From the NCBI RefSeq assembly GCF_009914755.1, contig NC_060934.1: DNA of 64,000 bases, one strand, 5' to 3'. Position numbers and translations under genes: made by a program. Below the pieces are notes generated by a model. That model was not told the DNA's origin, ran no database searches, and saw nothing but the letters and a program-made list of their open reading frames with translations. Of the stretch, positions 1-13,059 are shown in pieces. How positions within the stretch are numbered: the stretch's first letter is position 1; the number at the start of each line of letters is the position of its first letter. Source of the stretch: the human T2T-CHM13v2.0 reference genome, Homo sapiens.

Positions 1-51
1 CGAGACTCTGTCTGAAAAAACAAACAAACAAACAAACAAACAAACAAAAAA
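1..51 (+). mobile_element. 3' end of an Alu with (CAAA)n tail, truncated by window edge
   Basis: CGAGACTCTGTCT followed by A-rich (CAAA)n tail. Confidence 0.85.
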
Positions 52-244
52 CAGCTCCAGAAGATGAGCCTCAAAGCCCCTGAATTTACTTCAGCACCAC
101 AGAAGTTTCATTCAAATGCTGCTCTCCCTGTTCATGGTGAGAACAGAGGCTGCCTAAAGCCCCTGTACCTAGTAGGCTGCAGCTTCTAGGGCCACAGCCA
201 CCAGTGTCTTCAGCCCTCCCAAATCTCCTTCCCCACCCCCCCGC

Positions 245-268
245 CACACACACACACACCACACACTC
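245..268. repeat. (CA)n microsatellite
   Basis: Interrupted CA run seen directly. Confidence 0.85.
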
Positions 269-1277
269 TGTGCTTGATTATGTAAGAAATGTCTTAACTA
301 TTCACCCACTGGAAGATCTTTAATACAGCTTCCCACACTGTGTGCCATGGCCCTCTGCGTGCGGCAAACCCTCGATCTTCTAAAACTTGGGGCAGCCTGA
401 CCAGGCTGGTGAGGACAGTGCTCCAGGCTGGCTGCTGCAGCTAAGAGGCCTCAGGCAGTGGTTTCAAATCCTCTTATGTGCCTCAGGGTGTCACGCAGAT
501 ATAATCATGTGGTATGTGCGCTAAGCCATGACAATGATTAGGAAGCTCTGCTGTAACTCTCACACAAGTGGATTTCCAGTTTTCTTGGGAGGATCACAGC
601 ATCTCCAGGTCTTGTGTTCCGTCATCCCCATGTCCAGCTTAGTGGTCCTTACTGAATTCCTCCCAAACTAACTTGGTGCAACTGGTCCCAAGGTATTTAT
701 GGCAAATGCCAGGAGACATAACAGCACAGTGAAGAAGGAATGCAGCCTATTCCCACAGAATTACTCAATGCCAAGGCAGACACTGAGAGTGCAACAGGTG
801 TGAAAAGGAGGTTGCTGGGAGAGGCGGGTGGACCTGAAGAGGCTGCTCTGGGACTCCCAGGTACATGTGACAAAGCTGACCAGAGTGTATGGGTTAGGGA
901 GCAGTGGGCTATGGAATGGAGGCTGTGGTTGTGAGCGGAGAAGTGACCGGCTGGCTGGAGATGGGCAGGTCAAGGTCATGAAGGCGGTCATCTAGGTGCG
1001 GGTGTCAGGTAATGAGTGCTCACCCCTTGGTGGGGGCTGGGAGGAGCTTTAAAGATGCAGCAGGCTGTGATGACCTGCCTGGATTCGAGGGGTGAAGGAG
1101 AGATGAGGCATCAGGATGGGGGTGGCCTCAGGATGCAGGGCTGGGGAGGGGATGAGCAGGTGTGCAGAGCCCAGTAGCACTCAGTCCACTGCCTACCTCA
1201 TTCCATCTGCCTCCCAAAGCCCCAGGGTGGATGCTGCCTGCCTCCCTGTCCTCCCCAGGTGGGGCAAGATCATCTAC

Positions 1278-1382
1278 CTTGGCAAGCACAGTGGAGCATC
1301 CAGACGGCCAGAGGTTCAGAAAGGGCTGCAGCAGACCGACTCGGTGACTGGCTCATGGGAGAGCAGCACAGCATCCCTGGTC
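1278..1382 (-). other. HPS1: HPS1 exon 2 (105 nt, 5' UTR, non-coding)
   Basis: Minus strand reads ...tttaagcatttgcag|GACCAGGGATGCTG...GTGCTTGCCAAG|gtagat with canonical AG/GT. Matches my recollection of the HPS1 mRNA 5' UTR immediately preceding ATGAAGTGC (MKC...). The 105 nt length fits c.-105 to c.-1. Confidence 0.88.
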
Positions 1383-2269
1383 CTGCAAATGCTTAAAACA
1401 GAGAGAATATGAGGGCAGGCAGATGCCCTGGTCTTGACTGCTGCCCGTTGAGAAAGGACAAGCTGGAGAAGGGCTGCGTGGTCCCTGGTCTCTCCAGGCC
1501 CTGAGGCAGTCTGCTAAGAACATATCTGGGATCCTGCCCCTCACCTCCCATAATGGAGAATAGGAACCCGGCCAGCACAGCCCTTTGCACAGAGCAGGTG
1601 CCCACTTTTGTTCCTTCCTCCTTTGTTCCCATGAAGTGCTCTCACTTCTGCGGGTCACTCAGAGCTCCCCAAGCAGCCCCAGGGAGCTTGCTAGGAGTGA
1701 CTGACGGGAGACAGCATAGCACATCCCAGGTGGTGAGGATGCAGTCCCGGTGAAGGGAGTGGGGATCCTGGGATGATACGATGAATGGAAGGAAACTAAC
1801 AGGAAAGGCATCTGGGACCAGGTTCTAGTTTTGGCTTTGCCAAGTCCCATAAACCTCTCTGAGCCTCAAACTCCTGCGGAGAAACAGAGCAACATCCCCT
1901 ACTCTACCTCCCTACAGGGTTAGATCATGGGAGTGACCAGGCAAGCTGCAAAGTAACCTTAGCAAACTGCGTTCTTACATAGGTGTGGGGATCATTATTC
2001 CTATTTCCCAGCTTCCCTTCTTCAAATAACAGGATTAATCAATCTGGTTCCGGAATCATTCATATTTGAATAGAGGGCAGGAACAACAGAAAACTTAATT
2101 AGGAAGTCAAGCACTGTGAGCCAGTAAGAGGCAAGTGACTACCCGCCACAGAGACTGCTGTTACGAGTTCGGCCTTTAGCAGCCGAACCCTGAGACGGGC
2201 TCCATCACCCACATGATTGGCCCGAATGCCATATTCCCGAAACAGGGGGATGCTTCCCAAAGGCTGCTG

Positions 2270-3060
2270 GGAAGAGAACCTCGCCGGTGTCACACTGAGA
2301 CTTCCGCTTCACCTCGCTATCTTGCCCTAGAAAGGGAACTCGGAGGGGACTCACTGACGAAAGGAGCTCCAGATGGCGGGGGGCCAACCTGGGGCGACCC
2401 CCAGCGCCCACTTTCACCATCTGGACCCCAGCAAACCTCCCTGTGGCCCTTGGTCCCGTCTTCAGCAGCTCCTTCTGGGGTCCCACACCTTCGGAGCCCG
2501 GCCCTGCCCCTGAGTCTCTGGAGAGAGCGAGTCAGCAGTTCGCCGCCGCGGGGCTCCCGTTTGCCTAGCACGCCAGTTTCTGTCCAGTTTCACCCCAAAT
2601 CCCCACCTCCCCCCACCCCCGAACCTCACGGCCACCCTGGGAAGGAGGCTTGACTTGTGACATCCACCCCTCTTCACGGCTGAGGAACTTTGGCCCCGAG
2701 CGAGGAAGCGACCGGCCCACGGCCACACGCCCGGAGTGGGTGAGGCTAGGAGTGGGCCCGCTCCGGGACCCCTAGGGACCCTACCTCACTTCCGGGAGGG
2801 TTGAAGGGGGGCTCCGGAGGGAGGATCGCCGCCCCCAGAGGGGACAGCCCGGAGGCCCACGTACCGGATCGCGGCGCGCACAGCGCCCCGCCTGCAGGAG
2901 CCCGGGCGCGCTTCCGGGTAGGACCGCGTGATCGCGCACGTGACCGCCCGCCCCGGGAGGGGCCGGAGCCGCCGTCGCCTTCCGCGGGTTCGAGCCCCGC
3001 CCCTGCCAGGCCTTGCCCATGCCCCATTTTACAGAAGAGGAAACGGAGGCGCAGAGAGAA
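2270..3060. promoter_or_regulatory. HPS1: CpG island / HPS1 promoter (TATA-less; ETS, E-box/CLEAR-like, GC-box motifs)
   Basis: Very GC- and CpG-dense. CCGGAAG ETS sites at 2789-2795 and 2911-2917, GTCACGTG at 2937-2944 (minus), and GC boxes near 2945-3005. Confidence 0.9.
2785..2930 (-). other. HPS1: HPS1 exon 1 (5' UTR); 5' boundary (TSS) approximate
   Basis: Minus strand ...CTTCAACCCTCCCGGAAGTGAG|gtaggg donor (GT at 2784-2783) inside a CpG island. Sequence recognised as the start of HPS1 mRNA. Confidence 0.85.
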
Positions 3061-3115
3061 GAAATAACTTGCTGAGGGTCCGAACCAGGCTCAGAACCCA
3101 GGTTTCCTGGCTCCT
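3015..3115 (-). mobile_element. MIR SINE fragment
   Basis: CCCATTTTACAGAAGAGGAAACGGAGGC...AACTTGC matches the reverse MIR core. Confidence 0.7.
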
Positions 3116-4426
3116 CAGCTGATCCCTTCTCTCCTCCCCATGCCCCGGAACCTCAGGCTTTGCCTAATGAACTGAAGTTCTGGGGCTAGAGCTGTCCTTT
3201 TGTGACTGCTCTCCCTGACCTTTGGGGAGGTGACATAGCGCACAGAAGGGCTCAGTTGCCCCCAGAGTGCCAACGCTGGAATTTATAGGAGTTCTCAATC
3301 TATTTTGGGAGTGGAGTGCACATTAGGAGTTTTGTGTTGAACCTATGTTTGCAATATTTATTTTAAAAAATCGTATGTGTATTGGGGGTGCCTGGAAGTG
3401 GAGGGGGCGCTCTGGAAGGGCCTAAATCCCCGAACAGTCCACCCCTCAGTGCCTGGGTGCCACCTGGGAGCTTTGAGCCCAGCCCAGCAAGGTATGGGTT
3501 GCAAGAACTGGCTGGGGATATAGTAGATTGAGCATCTCTTGGGGGAAAGGCAGAGGCTAAGAATCAATACTTCCACCACCTGCAGATCAAAGAGAGCATC
3601 ACTCCCCCCAACCCACTACCCACCCCTTCCAGCCCACCTTAGGGCAAATTCTTCCAACTCCCCATCTACAGCACATAGCCCTGCCACACGCATCTCTTTG
3701 CTCAGCCCACCGTTGAGATCGTTCACTCACTATGCTTTCAGTGGTCGAATGAATTCCATCAAATGGATATGCTGTTATTTACTTATTCATTCCCCTACTG
3801 GTAATTTCCATTTCCCAACTGCAATGTATGAGGATTCTGATTTCTCCACATCCTCACCAATGCTTGTTATTGTTGATTTTTTTTTTTTTAAGTATAGTAA
3901 CCCAGCGTGGAGTGGTGTCTTGTGATTTTATTTGCACTTCCCTGACGTTCGGCATCTTTTCATGTGCTTTTTGCCTATTTGTGTACCTTCTCTGGAGAAA
4001 TGTCTATTCAAATCCTTTATCCATTTTTAAATTGTCTTTATTATTGAGTTGTAAGAGTTCTTTATATGCTCTGGTTACAAGCCCCTTATCAGATACTTGA
4101 TTTGCAAAAGTTTTTTTCCCATTATGTGGCTTGTCTTTTCACTTTCTTAGTGGTATCATTTGTAGCACCAAAGTTTTACATTTTTATGTAATCCAATATA
4201 ATCTATTTTTTAGTTATGTACGGGTTTTTTGTGTCAACATGTTTCTTTTTTTCAAATTTGTTTGTGGTAAAATACATATAATGTAAAATTGATCATTAAG
4301 CATTTTAAGTGTATTGTTCAGTGGTATTAACTACATTCCTAATGCTATGCAGCCATCACCACCATCCATCTCCACAGCTCTTTTCATCTTTTAAAACTGA
4401 AACTATATCCATTAAGCAATAATGCT

Positions 4427-4738
<312 letters not shown>

Positions 4739-5855
4739 TTCTTCATTCCTCCTCATAGCAACCACAATGTTACTTTCTGTCTCTATGAATTTGACTACTC
4801 TAAGTACCTCATATAAGTAGAATCATACAGTATTTGTCTTTTTATGACTGGCTTATTTCACTTAGCATAATATTCTCAAGGTGCATTCATGTTGTAGCAT
4901 ATGTGAGAATTCCTTCCTTTTTTCTTTATTTTTAAGCCTAAATAATACTCTATAGTCTGTATATACTACATTTTGCTTATCCATTTATCTGCTGATGGAC
5001 AATTGGGTTACATCCATTGTGAATAAGGCCATTATGAACATGAGTGTACAAATATCTCTTTGAGACTCTGCTTTCAATTCTTTTGGGCATATACCCAGAA
5101 GAGAAACTGCTAGATCATATGGTAATTCTATTTTTAATTTTTTAAGGAACTACCATACTGTTTTCCACAGCAGCTGCATCATTTTACATTCCCAACCTGG
5201 AACAAGTGTTCCAGTTTACCCACATCTTTGTCAACACTTGCTATTTTCTATTTTCTTTAAAATTTTTATAGTAGCCATCCTAATGGGTGTGAGGTAGTTC
5301 AACATAAGTTTATATTTCTCTTAGGTAAATATCTACTCATGGGATTGCTGGGCTGTATGGTAAGTCTGTGTTTAAATTTATATTAAACTGCTGAACCATT
5401 TTCCAAAGTGGATGTACCATTTTACATTCCTTCTAGCAACACTGAGAGGTGTAATTGCTCTGTAGTCTTGTTAGCACTTGATATTGTCCTATTTTAACTT
5501 TAGCCATTCTAGTAGGTATGTGGTAGTATGTTAAGTGTTCAAATTTTGCCTATTTAAAAATTGGATTGTTTGTCTTATTATTTATTTATGTGTTTGAATT
5601 CAAGCCCTTTATTATATTTTTTTTTCCCAGTCTGTGGCTTTGTCTTTTCATTTTCTTTACAGTGACTTTTGAAGAGCAGAAATCTTTGTGCATTTTGTGT
5701 CCTATGTAAAGTCTCTGCTTAGCCAGGGTCACAGAGATTTTCTCCTGTTTTTTCTTTTTTGCAGAAATTTAATAGTCGTAGATTTTGTCTTTAGGTTCAC
5801 AATCCATTTTGAGTTAATTTTTGTGTGTGATGTGAAAGAAGGTTGAGGTTTTAGT

Positions 5856-5860
<5 letters not shown>

Positions 5861-5891
<31 letters not shown>
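5861..5891. repeat. (TG)n microsatellite
   Basis: About 15 TG units seen directly. Confidence 0.95.
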
Positions 5892-5895
<4 letters not shown>

Positions 5896-5949
5896 GTATA
5901 TAGATGTCCAATTTTTCTAGAACCATTTGTTGAAAAAAAATATTTTCTC

Positions 5950-6256
<307 letters not shown>

Positions 6257-7204
6257 ATCTTTTCTCCATTGGATTAATTATCATGGCACGTTGTCTCAAA
6301 TCAGTTGACCATCTGTGTGTGAATCTATTTTTGGAGTCTATGTTCAATAAATTTAAAAGGAGTTTATTGATTTTCTTAGAGGCAGTTTTTGGTTGAATCA
6401 ATTTTTATTGATCCTGTTTTTAAATTCATCAGTTTCTGTTCTGATAGTTACTATTTCGTGTCTTCTGTTTACTTTGGGTTTTTTTTTCTTCTAGAAACAG
6501 AGGCCACTGATTTGAGACCTTTTGTCTTTTCTAATGGAGTTGAGTGCTGTAGATCTTCCCCAAGGTCCTGCTTTATCAGCATCCCACAACTTTTTATCTG
6601 CCATGTTTTCATTTTCAATTACTTTAAAATGCTAATTTTTCTTTTGATTTATTTAGAGTATAGTTCAGAGGTCAGCCAGATATTTGAGTGTACTTTGTAC
6701 CAGCTTTTTAAGTTTCTCCCACCTGTTCCCTTTCCCTCTCCATTCAATTTTCAGCTGCTCTGGCAGTCTTGAACACCAATGTCACTCCACGGTCTAATAT
6801 AATAGCTGCTTGCTGATGGACCTTGCTCTTTGTTGTGAACTAGGGGAATTCCTTCAGGAGAAAAGCCAAATAAATGTGGATATCACCCAGTGTGATTTTC
6901 TTCATTCAAGAGCTATATCTCCTGCAGTTTCTGCCTGCTCTTAGCTGTTCTGCATTGCCTTCAAAGAATTGTTTTTTCAAATTTTGTCTAAGGTTCGTAA
7001 TTGTTATTGGCAAAAGGGTCAGTCTGATACAACTGTAACATTACCAGAAATTGGAAGTTCTTTCTGCATATTTTTATATGTAGTCTTTTCCATTTAGTTT
7101 AAAATATTTTCTTTTTATTGTGATTTCTGATTTTTTTCTCATGGAATATTAAGAAGTGTGTTTCTTAATTTTCAAGCACAGGGAGATTTTCTAGTTTTCT
7201 ATCT

Positions 7205-7205
7205 C

Positions 7206-7243
<38 letters not shown>

Positions 7244-7252
7244 ATCTATCTA
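7205..7252. repeat. (TATC)n tetranucleotide STR
   Basis: CTATCTAT... run with one ATC interruption. Confidence 0.95.
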
Positions 7253-8959
7253 TAATTTCCACTTATATTCCACTGCTGTCAGAAATACATTGTATGTTAT
7301 TATTCTTTGAAGTTTTTTGAAACTTTATGTCACAGTATATAACCACGTTTTATAAATATTTCGATGTGTTGTTGAAAAAGGACTTTATTCATTTGTTGTT
7401 GTAATGTTCTCCATATATCATTTAGATAAAATGTTAATTGTATTGTTTAAATCTTTTCTATTCTTTCTGATTTTTGTCTGCCTTTTCTCTCATTTTCTGA
7501 GAGAAATAGCAGTTAAAAATCTATTATAATTGCAAATTTTTCTATTTCTCCTTTTATTTCTGTTAGATTTTTGCTTCACATATAGGAGATGTCATTAGGT
7601 ACATGCAGATTTATAATTATATATCTTACTGTTAAATCAAAACTTTCATCTTTATGAAATGTCCCTATCACTAGCAATGCTTTTTGGTTTTACAAAAGCA
7701 TTTATTGTCTCATATAAACATAAGGACATCACCTTTTGTTGCATGGCATATCTTTTTCTTACTCCTTTTAATTTCTTATATTTTAGATATTTCTTTTGAA
7801 ATAGCTTTTAATTGAACTTTCTTTTATCTTATCTGACAACCTTCATCTTTTAATCGGAGCATTTATTCCATTTACATTTAGTGCCATTACAAATAAATTT
7901 GGTTTTAAATCTATTATCTTGCTAGTTGCTTTCTGTTTGTCCTGTTCTTCATTATCTTTGTCTTCTTTCTTGCTTTCTGTTAGATGAAGCGTTTTTGTTA
8001 TGATTCCACTGCCTCTCCATTCACTTAAAGAATATACTCTTTTAAGTATTCTTTCAGTGGTTACCATAGAGACTAAAACATGCATCCTTGACTTATCAAA
8101 GTTTAATGTAAATTAGTAGTTTTACCTCTTTCTTGAAAATGTAAGGATGTTAATATATCTTCCATTTACCAGCTTTCAATATGTATGGTATTATTGTAAT
8201 GCATTTTTAATTATTTACCTATTTTAAATTGCAAGAGACATTGTTATTATTAGATTATATTTATTTAGAGTTTCCCACATAATTACCCTTCACGTTGCTT
8301 TTTATTCTTTCCTGCATCTCTCATTGCATTATTTTGATTGTTCATTCTTTCTCTCCCTGTCTGTCTTCATCTTTCCTTTCACTGTCTCCTCCAATTTTCT
8401 CAGCCTCCCACCACCCATGCACTTGTAGACATAGTTGAGTTCCAAGACATTAGGTGCATACGTGGTGAAATTCTACTATAATACATTTCAGTTGCTGCTG
8501 GAGCAACCCCACGTACTTGTCTTAAAGTTCAATTTAACTAATTTCTCCTATGTGAGGTCAATCTTTTCCTTTTAAAAACCTAACAAGGTGGGTATGCCTT
8601 GGGGCATGCTTAGTCTGCATTAAATATGCACTAAATCACGGCTTGGAAGAAACTGGGGTGGCAAGAGTCAAGTAATTAACTCAAAAATAAAATCAGGACA
8701 CTATCCCTGAGGGTGAGAGGATCTTCAAAACGTGTTATCTGTGTTGAATTTCATGTGCATGCATTCTAGAAGGCACGTTGCATTTAGGTAGAAATAGCAA
8801 CAATTTAAAGCTAACTTTGAAACTTCTCAAAAGGATGTTATCTAATATATAAGCTAACATGAGGAGGAAATAGAAAAACAATAGCACTTGGACCAGAGAC
8901 CATCTGACATAACATCAGACAACAGGGAGTTTCAGGTAAACTTAGATTTCACTTAAATC

Positions 8960-9020
8960 CAAAGTCCTCATTTTATAGATGAGAACACTGAGGTCCAGAG
9001 AGGCTGAGTGACTTGTCTTC
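8960..9020 (-). mobile_element. MIR fragment
   Basis: CTCATTTTATAGATGAGAACACTGAGGTCCAGAGAGGCTGAGTGACTTG. Confidence 0.7.
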
Positions 9021-9479
9021 TGAGGTGGATAAAATCAGTGGAATAGCCTGTTGTGATCTCCAGGTGTGACTGTTCATTGGGTCTAGAGTTGGCCTCTATG
9101 ATTCTCTAGTTACCTTTTAACCCACTTTGCTATTTGAGGTTTCAAATTATATTTTTGATGTTTCTGGTACAGGGGGCAGCATCTTCTACTATGTGCATCT
9201 ACATTGGATGGCAGTGGAGCAACACAGATTGTTTTCTGACAAAAATCAGCCAAGTACTAGGAGAGGCAGGACTTTAGAAGTGGAGGAGATGGAGAAGGAA
9301 GCTTAGGTTACTATGGAGTGTGCAAAAAGGTCCTGTGGATTTAGATACCACCACACACAAATGGTATGTAATACTCACTTGAAGACAAATCAGCCAGAGG
9401 GATCTAACAGCATTGACCCATTCTCTGGTCTTCTAGCATCCATCATAGTTTTGTGCTCCTTTTCCATGAAACACAGCTG

Positions 9480-9765
9480 TTGTTGGAAGGTACCTGCCCA
9501 GATAAGGACTGCATTTCCTCTAGCATCCAGATGGGACCAAATGACTGCTGGCCAATAGAAGTGAGTGGAAAGGACTGACTCCAGTTCCAGGTTGGGCCTC
9601 CAACTGCTCTGGGCACGTCGATGGAACAGAACACCACCTCCACCCCAATACCACCAATTCAACTTTACATGAATTATAAGCGAGAAATAACTTGGACTGT
9701 GTTAAGTCATTGAGTTTCTGGGGTTTAACTGTTATTATAGTTAAGAATGACTTTAACTAATATAG
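9480..9765 (+). mobile_element. MLT1-type (ERVL-MaLR) LTR fragment
   Basis: GGCCAATAGAAGTGAGTGGAA...GAGAAATAAC...TGTGTTAAGTCATTGAGTTTCTGGGG...TAACTAATATA is typical of the MLT1 3' half. Confidence 0.65.
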
Positions 9766-10657
9766 TCAATGACATCTAACTGGAGTTATGAAATTCAATT
9801 TCTACTTAGAGTAATTGAAGCAAAGGTTGTGGGGGAGGGGAGGAGGGCAGCACACCATGAAATCAGAGATCCCCAGTACGTGTTAGTTCATCAGTCAATC
9901 AGTCTTAAGGTCAGGGTGTAGTGTGGGCAGCAGTTGCCTCCCTCTCCCCACAGAACACCCTGAGAATAGGAAGTTAGAGTAGTCGCATCTTATTACTTAC
10001 AAAACATTACCTCAAAATGCAAACTACCCCCTGGACCCAAACTCTCTACAATCACCAGGTTCCATAAACTATAATCTACTCTGTTTTCTGGAAGAAAATA
10101 TTAACCTGTTAAAATTCCCTGCACAGAGAGGAAACTTTTTCTGGGAGGTATTCCTGAACTCATTTTGCCAACTTCCAGATGAACAAAACTAAAGTTTCTT
10201 TTTGCTTCTTCCAAAAACATAAATTATCAAATAACATTTATAACTTGAAAAAGAATCCTAGAATATTTTCATGAATAATAATTAGAAGAGTAACGTTCAC
10301 ATGGGAAGGGCGTCTTTTCTCTGCTGTGTGCATAGGACCCTGGGACCCTGGGATTTAAGTCATATGGAACTTGGTCAACTCCTCCAAAATGCTCCCAGCG
10401 CTCACAGGGGCTGCCTTGGTGTTTGGAAGGAGGTGGTGCCAAAGCAGTTGGTTTGCTGGATTTTGACTTTCTTTTTTTAAAGTGGTATTTGCAAATACTA
10501 CCCCGAGGGCAATGGTTAATGGATTTGACCTTTGGGTCATGGGGGCCAGGGAGCAGCACTCATAGAAGCTGTGTGTGTGTGTGTTGCGGGGCGGGGGCGG
10601 GCTGCTGACTGGCTCTGCCACTCACCTCTCAGGCCTTAGGAATACTGAAGATTCTCA

Positions 10658-11137
<480 letters not shown>

Positions 11138-11299
11138 TCACTACTCACAAGAGCTTCTAGTTGGCATCCTCAAACCAGAGAGCAGTTGTACTGGGGGTAA
11201 GGCACTGCTAGGGTTCTCTGTAGGACACACATGAGATGTTAAGGAATCTAGCTGTGGGCAATACAGAGATGAGAAATAGGTGGCTACAATCAGTCAGGT

Positions 11300-11520
11300 G
11301 AGAGGTAGCACAGTGTAGGGATAGCAGGCTTTGAAATTTTTAACAGACCTGGGTTCAACTCCTAGTTTTGCCACACTGTTTTTCTGGGTGGTCTTGGACA
11401 AGTTCTTTCTCTAATCCTCCCCATCTATAATTGGGTCTGAACACTTACCATACCACCCAGCACTGCTGTGAGCATTCAATAAAATAGCACGTCTGATAAG
11501 AAGAAGGCACTTGATCAAGG
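11300..11520 (+). mobile_element. MIR element
   Basis: AGACCTGGGTTCAACTCCTAGTTTTGCCAC...TTGGACAAGTT...CCCATCTATAA. Confidence 0.65.
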
Positions 11521-13059
11521 AAGGGCAGCCACAGAAGCCTTCGTGCCATGGTTAGTGGAACTCAGAGAGAAGGGTTCTGTATGTCCCAGTTGTTTGGGCC
11601 TTATAATAATAATAAAATTCATTTTAGCACTCTCTCTCTTTGGAGTACTTCTTATCTGCTTTTCAATCCTGGTATATCCTAAGAAAAGATTACAAACAAT
11701 TCTAAAATGGAAACTTCACTTCAATACAGCAGATTTCCCTGGGCTCCTGGCTGGGCACAGAGTGGCTGGCAGAGGGGAGTCTGTGGACGTGGAGAGTAAG
11801 TTGGTGGAAACGAGCACTCAGCAGGGGCCAGGCTGGGGCAGTTGTGCCGATGCTGGAGAGAGGAGAAGTGGAGGAAGCCATGCTAGGTAAAGTTTATGCC
11901 CTTTCTTCTCTTGCCTTTTCCAAGCCACAGCACTATTAATTTTGGTTGCTCTATTGATATTTCAAAATGTTAGTCTTCCCTTCCCCTTGTGTTTTTATCG
12001 TCAGAGGGATCCACCTGGTTCACCTTTGCTTCTGCAGAGACTCAACACTGCCCTTTTGTTTTCAAACATAAAGCTACTCTCAATGGATTTCCAAGGTGAA
12101 TCCTGCAGCTGCATCCATCCCAGACACTGGGGCCTTGAGTGCCTGTGGAGCACACCTGCAGATGCTGGGCCTCGCCATGACCACCGGAGGCTAAGTGGTT
12201 AGCACACGAGTCCTCACTGCCAGGGGGCCACAGAGACTCCCAGTGCTGACAGCAGGTGGGAGCCTCTTCAGGCAGCATCCACCAGCAACCTCTGCCCTGC
12301 TGGAGAGTGCAAGGCTTTGAGCCCACCTGCCTAGGGACCGCCCGCCTGCTGGGGAAGGGTCAGGCTGCAGAGGGCCACTAGGCCTTTGGGAATTGAGCTT
12401 CTGGGAGCCCCAGGCCTTAGTCTCACTGTAGCCCAGTTCTGGTATTTTCAAACTTTTCTCCAGCAGAGATAATGCTAATAATCCCACAGCTGCAGCATTG
12501 TTCAGGGCACTAGAAGAATTGAGACTTTCTCTCCAAATAACAATGAGTATTTCTTCTGAGCCTTTGTGATAAGAAATGAGAAAGAAGATCATTCCTAGAG
12601 GCAGAAGCAGAAAACCAGCTCAACAATAGGCAGAAACTTTTCATTATACATTATTAGTCTTTCAAATGAGCATTTCTGCCAGCCCATTCTAGGTTTAAAA
12701 TAAAGTGGCTTTTAAGTCTCAGATTATTATGGCCACATCTTGTTTTAGGAAGGAAATATCTGATCTGGGGCAGCTGCCCGACGAGCTCTTCTGTGCTTTT
12801 GTCCCTGCTCCCAGCTGGCAACCTACTCCCTTGAAGTGCATTGTGATGCTGCATTTTGCCACAGGCTGTCTTTTTGCAGGTGAGTGTAATAGGGGAATCC
12901 CTATGACAAGCAACCCCCACCCCTCCAAGGGAAAAAGCCAAGGTGTTTCTATGGAATGTGATTTTATAGTGAGTTTTTCTGGTATCCTTTGAACAATGCA
13001 CATATTTCTTCTGTGAAACAGTTTCAAAGTTAGAATTGCAGGACTCCAGAGATAAATTT

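Noticed and set aside
2213-3122. Multiple Pro/Arg/Gly-rich ORFs at the HPS1 promoter
   Set aside because: CpG-island artefacts. HPS1 exons 1-2 are non-coding, and the frame of exon 2 that would extend HPS1 N-terminally has a stop (CCA TGA).
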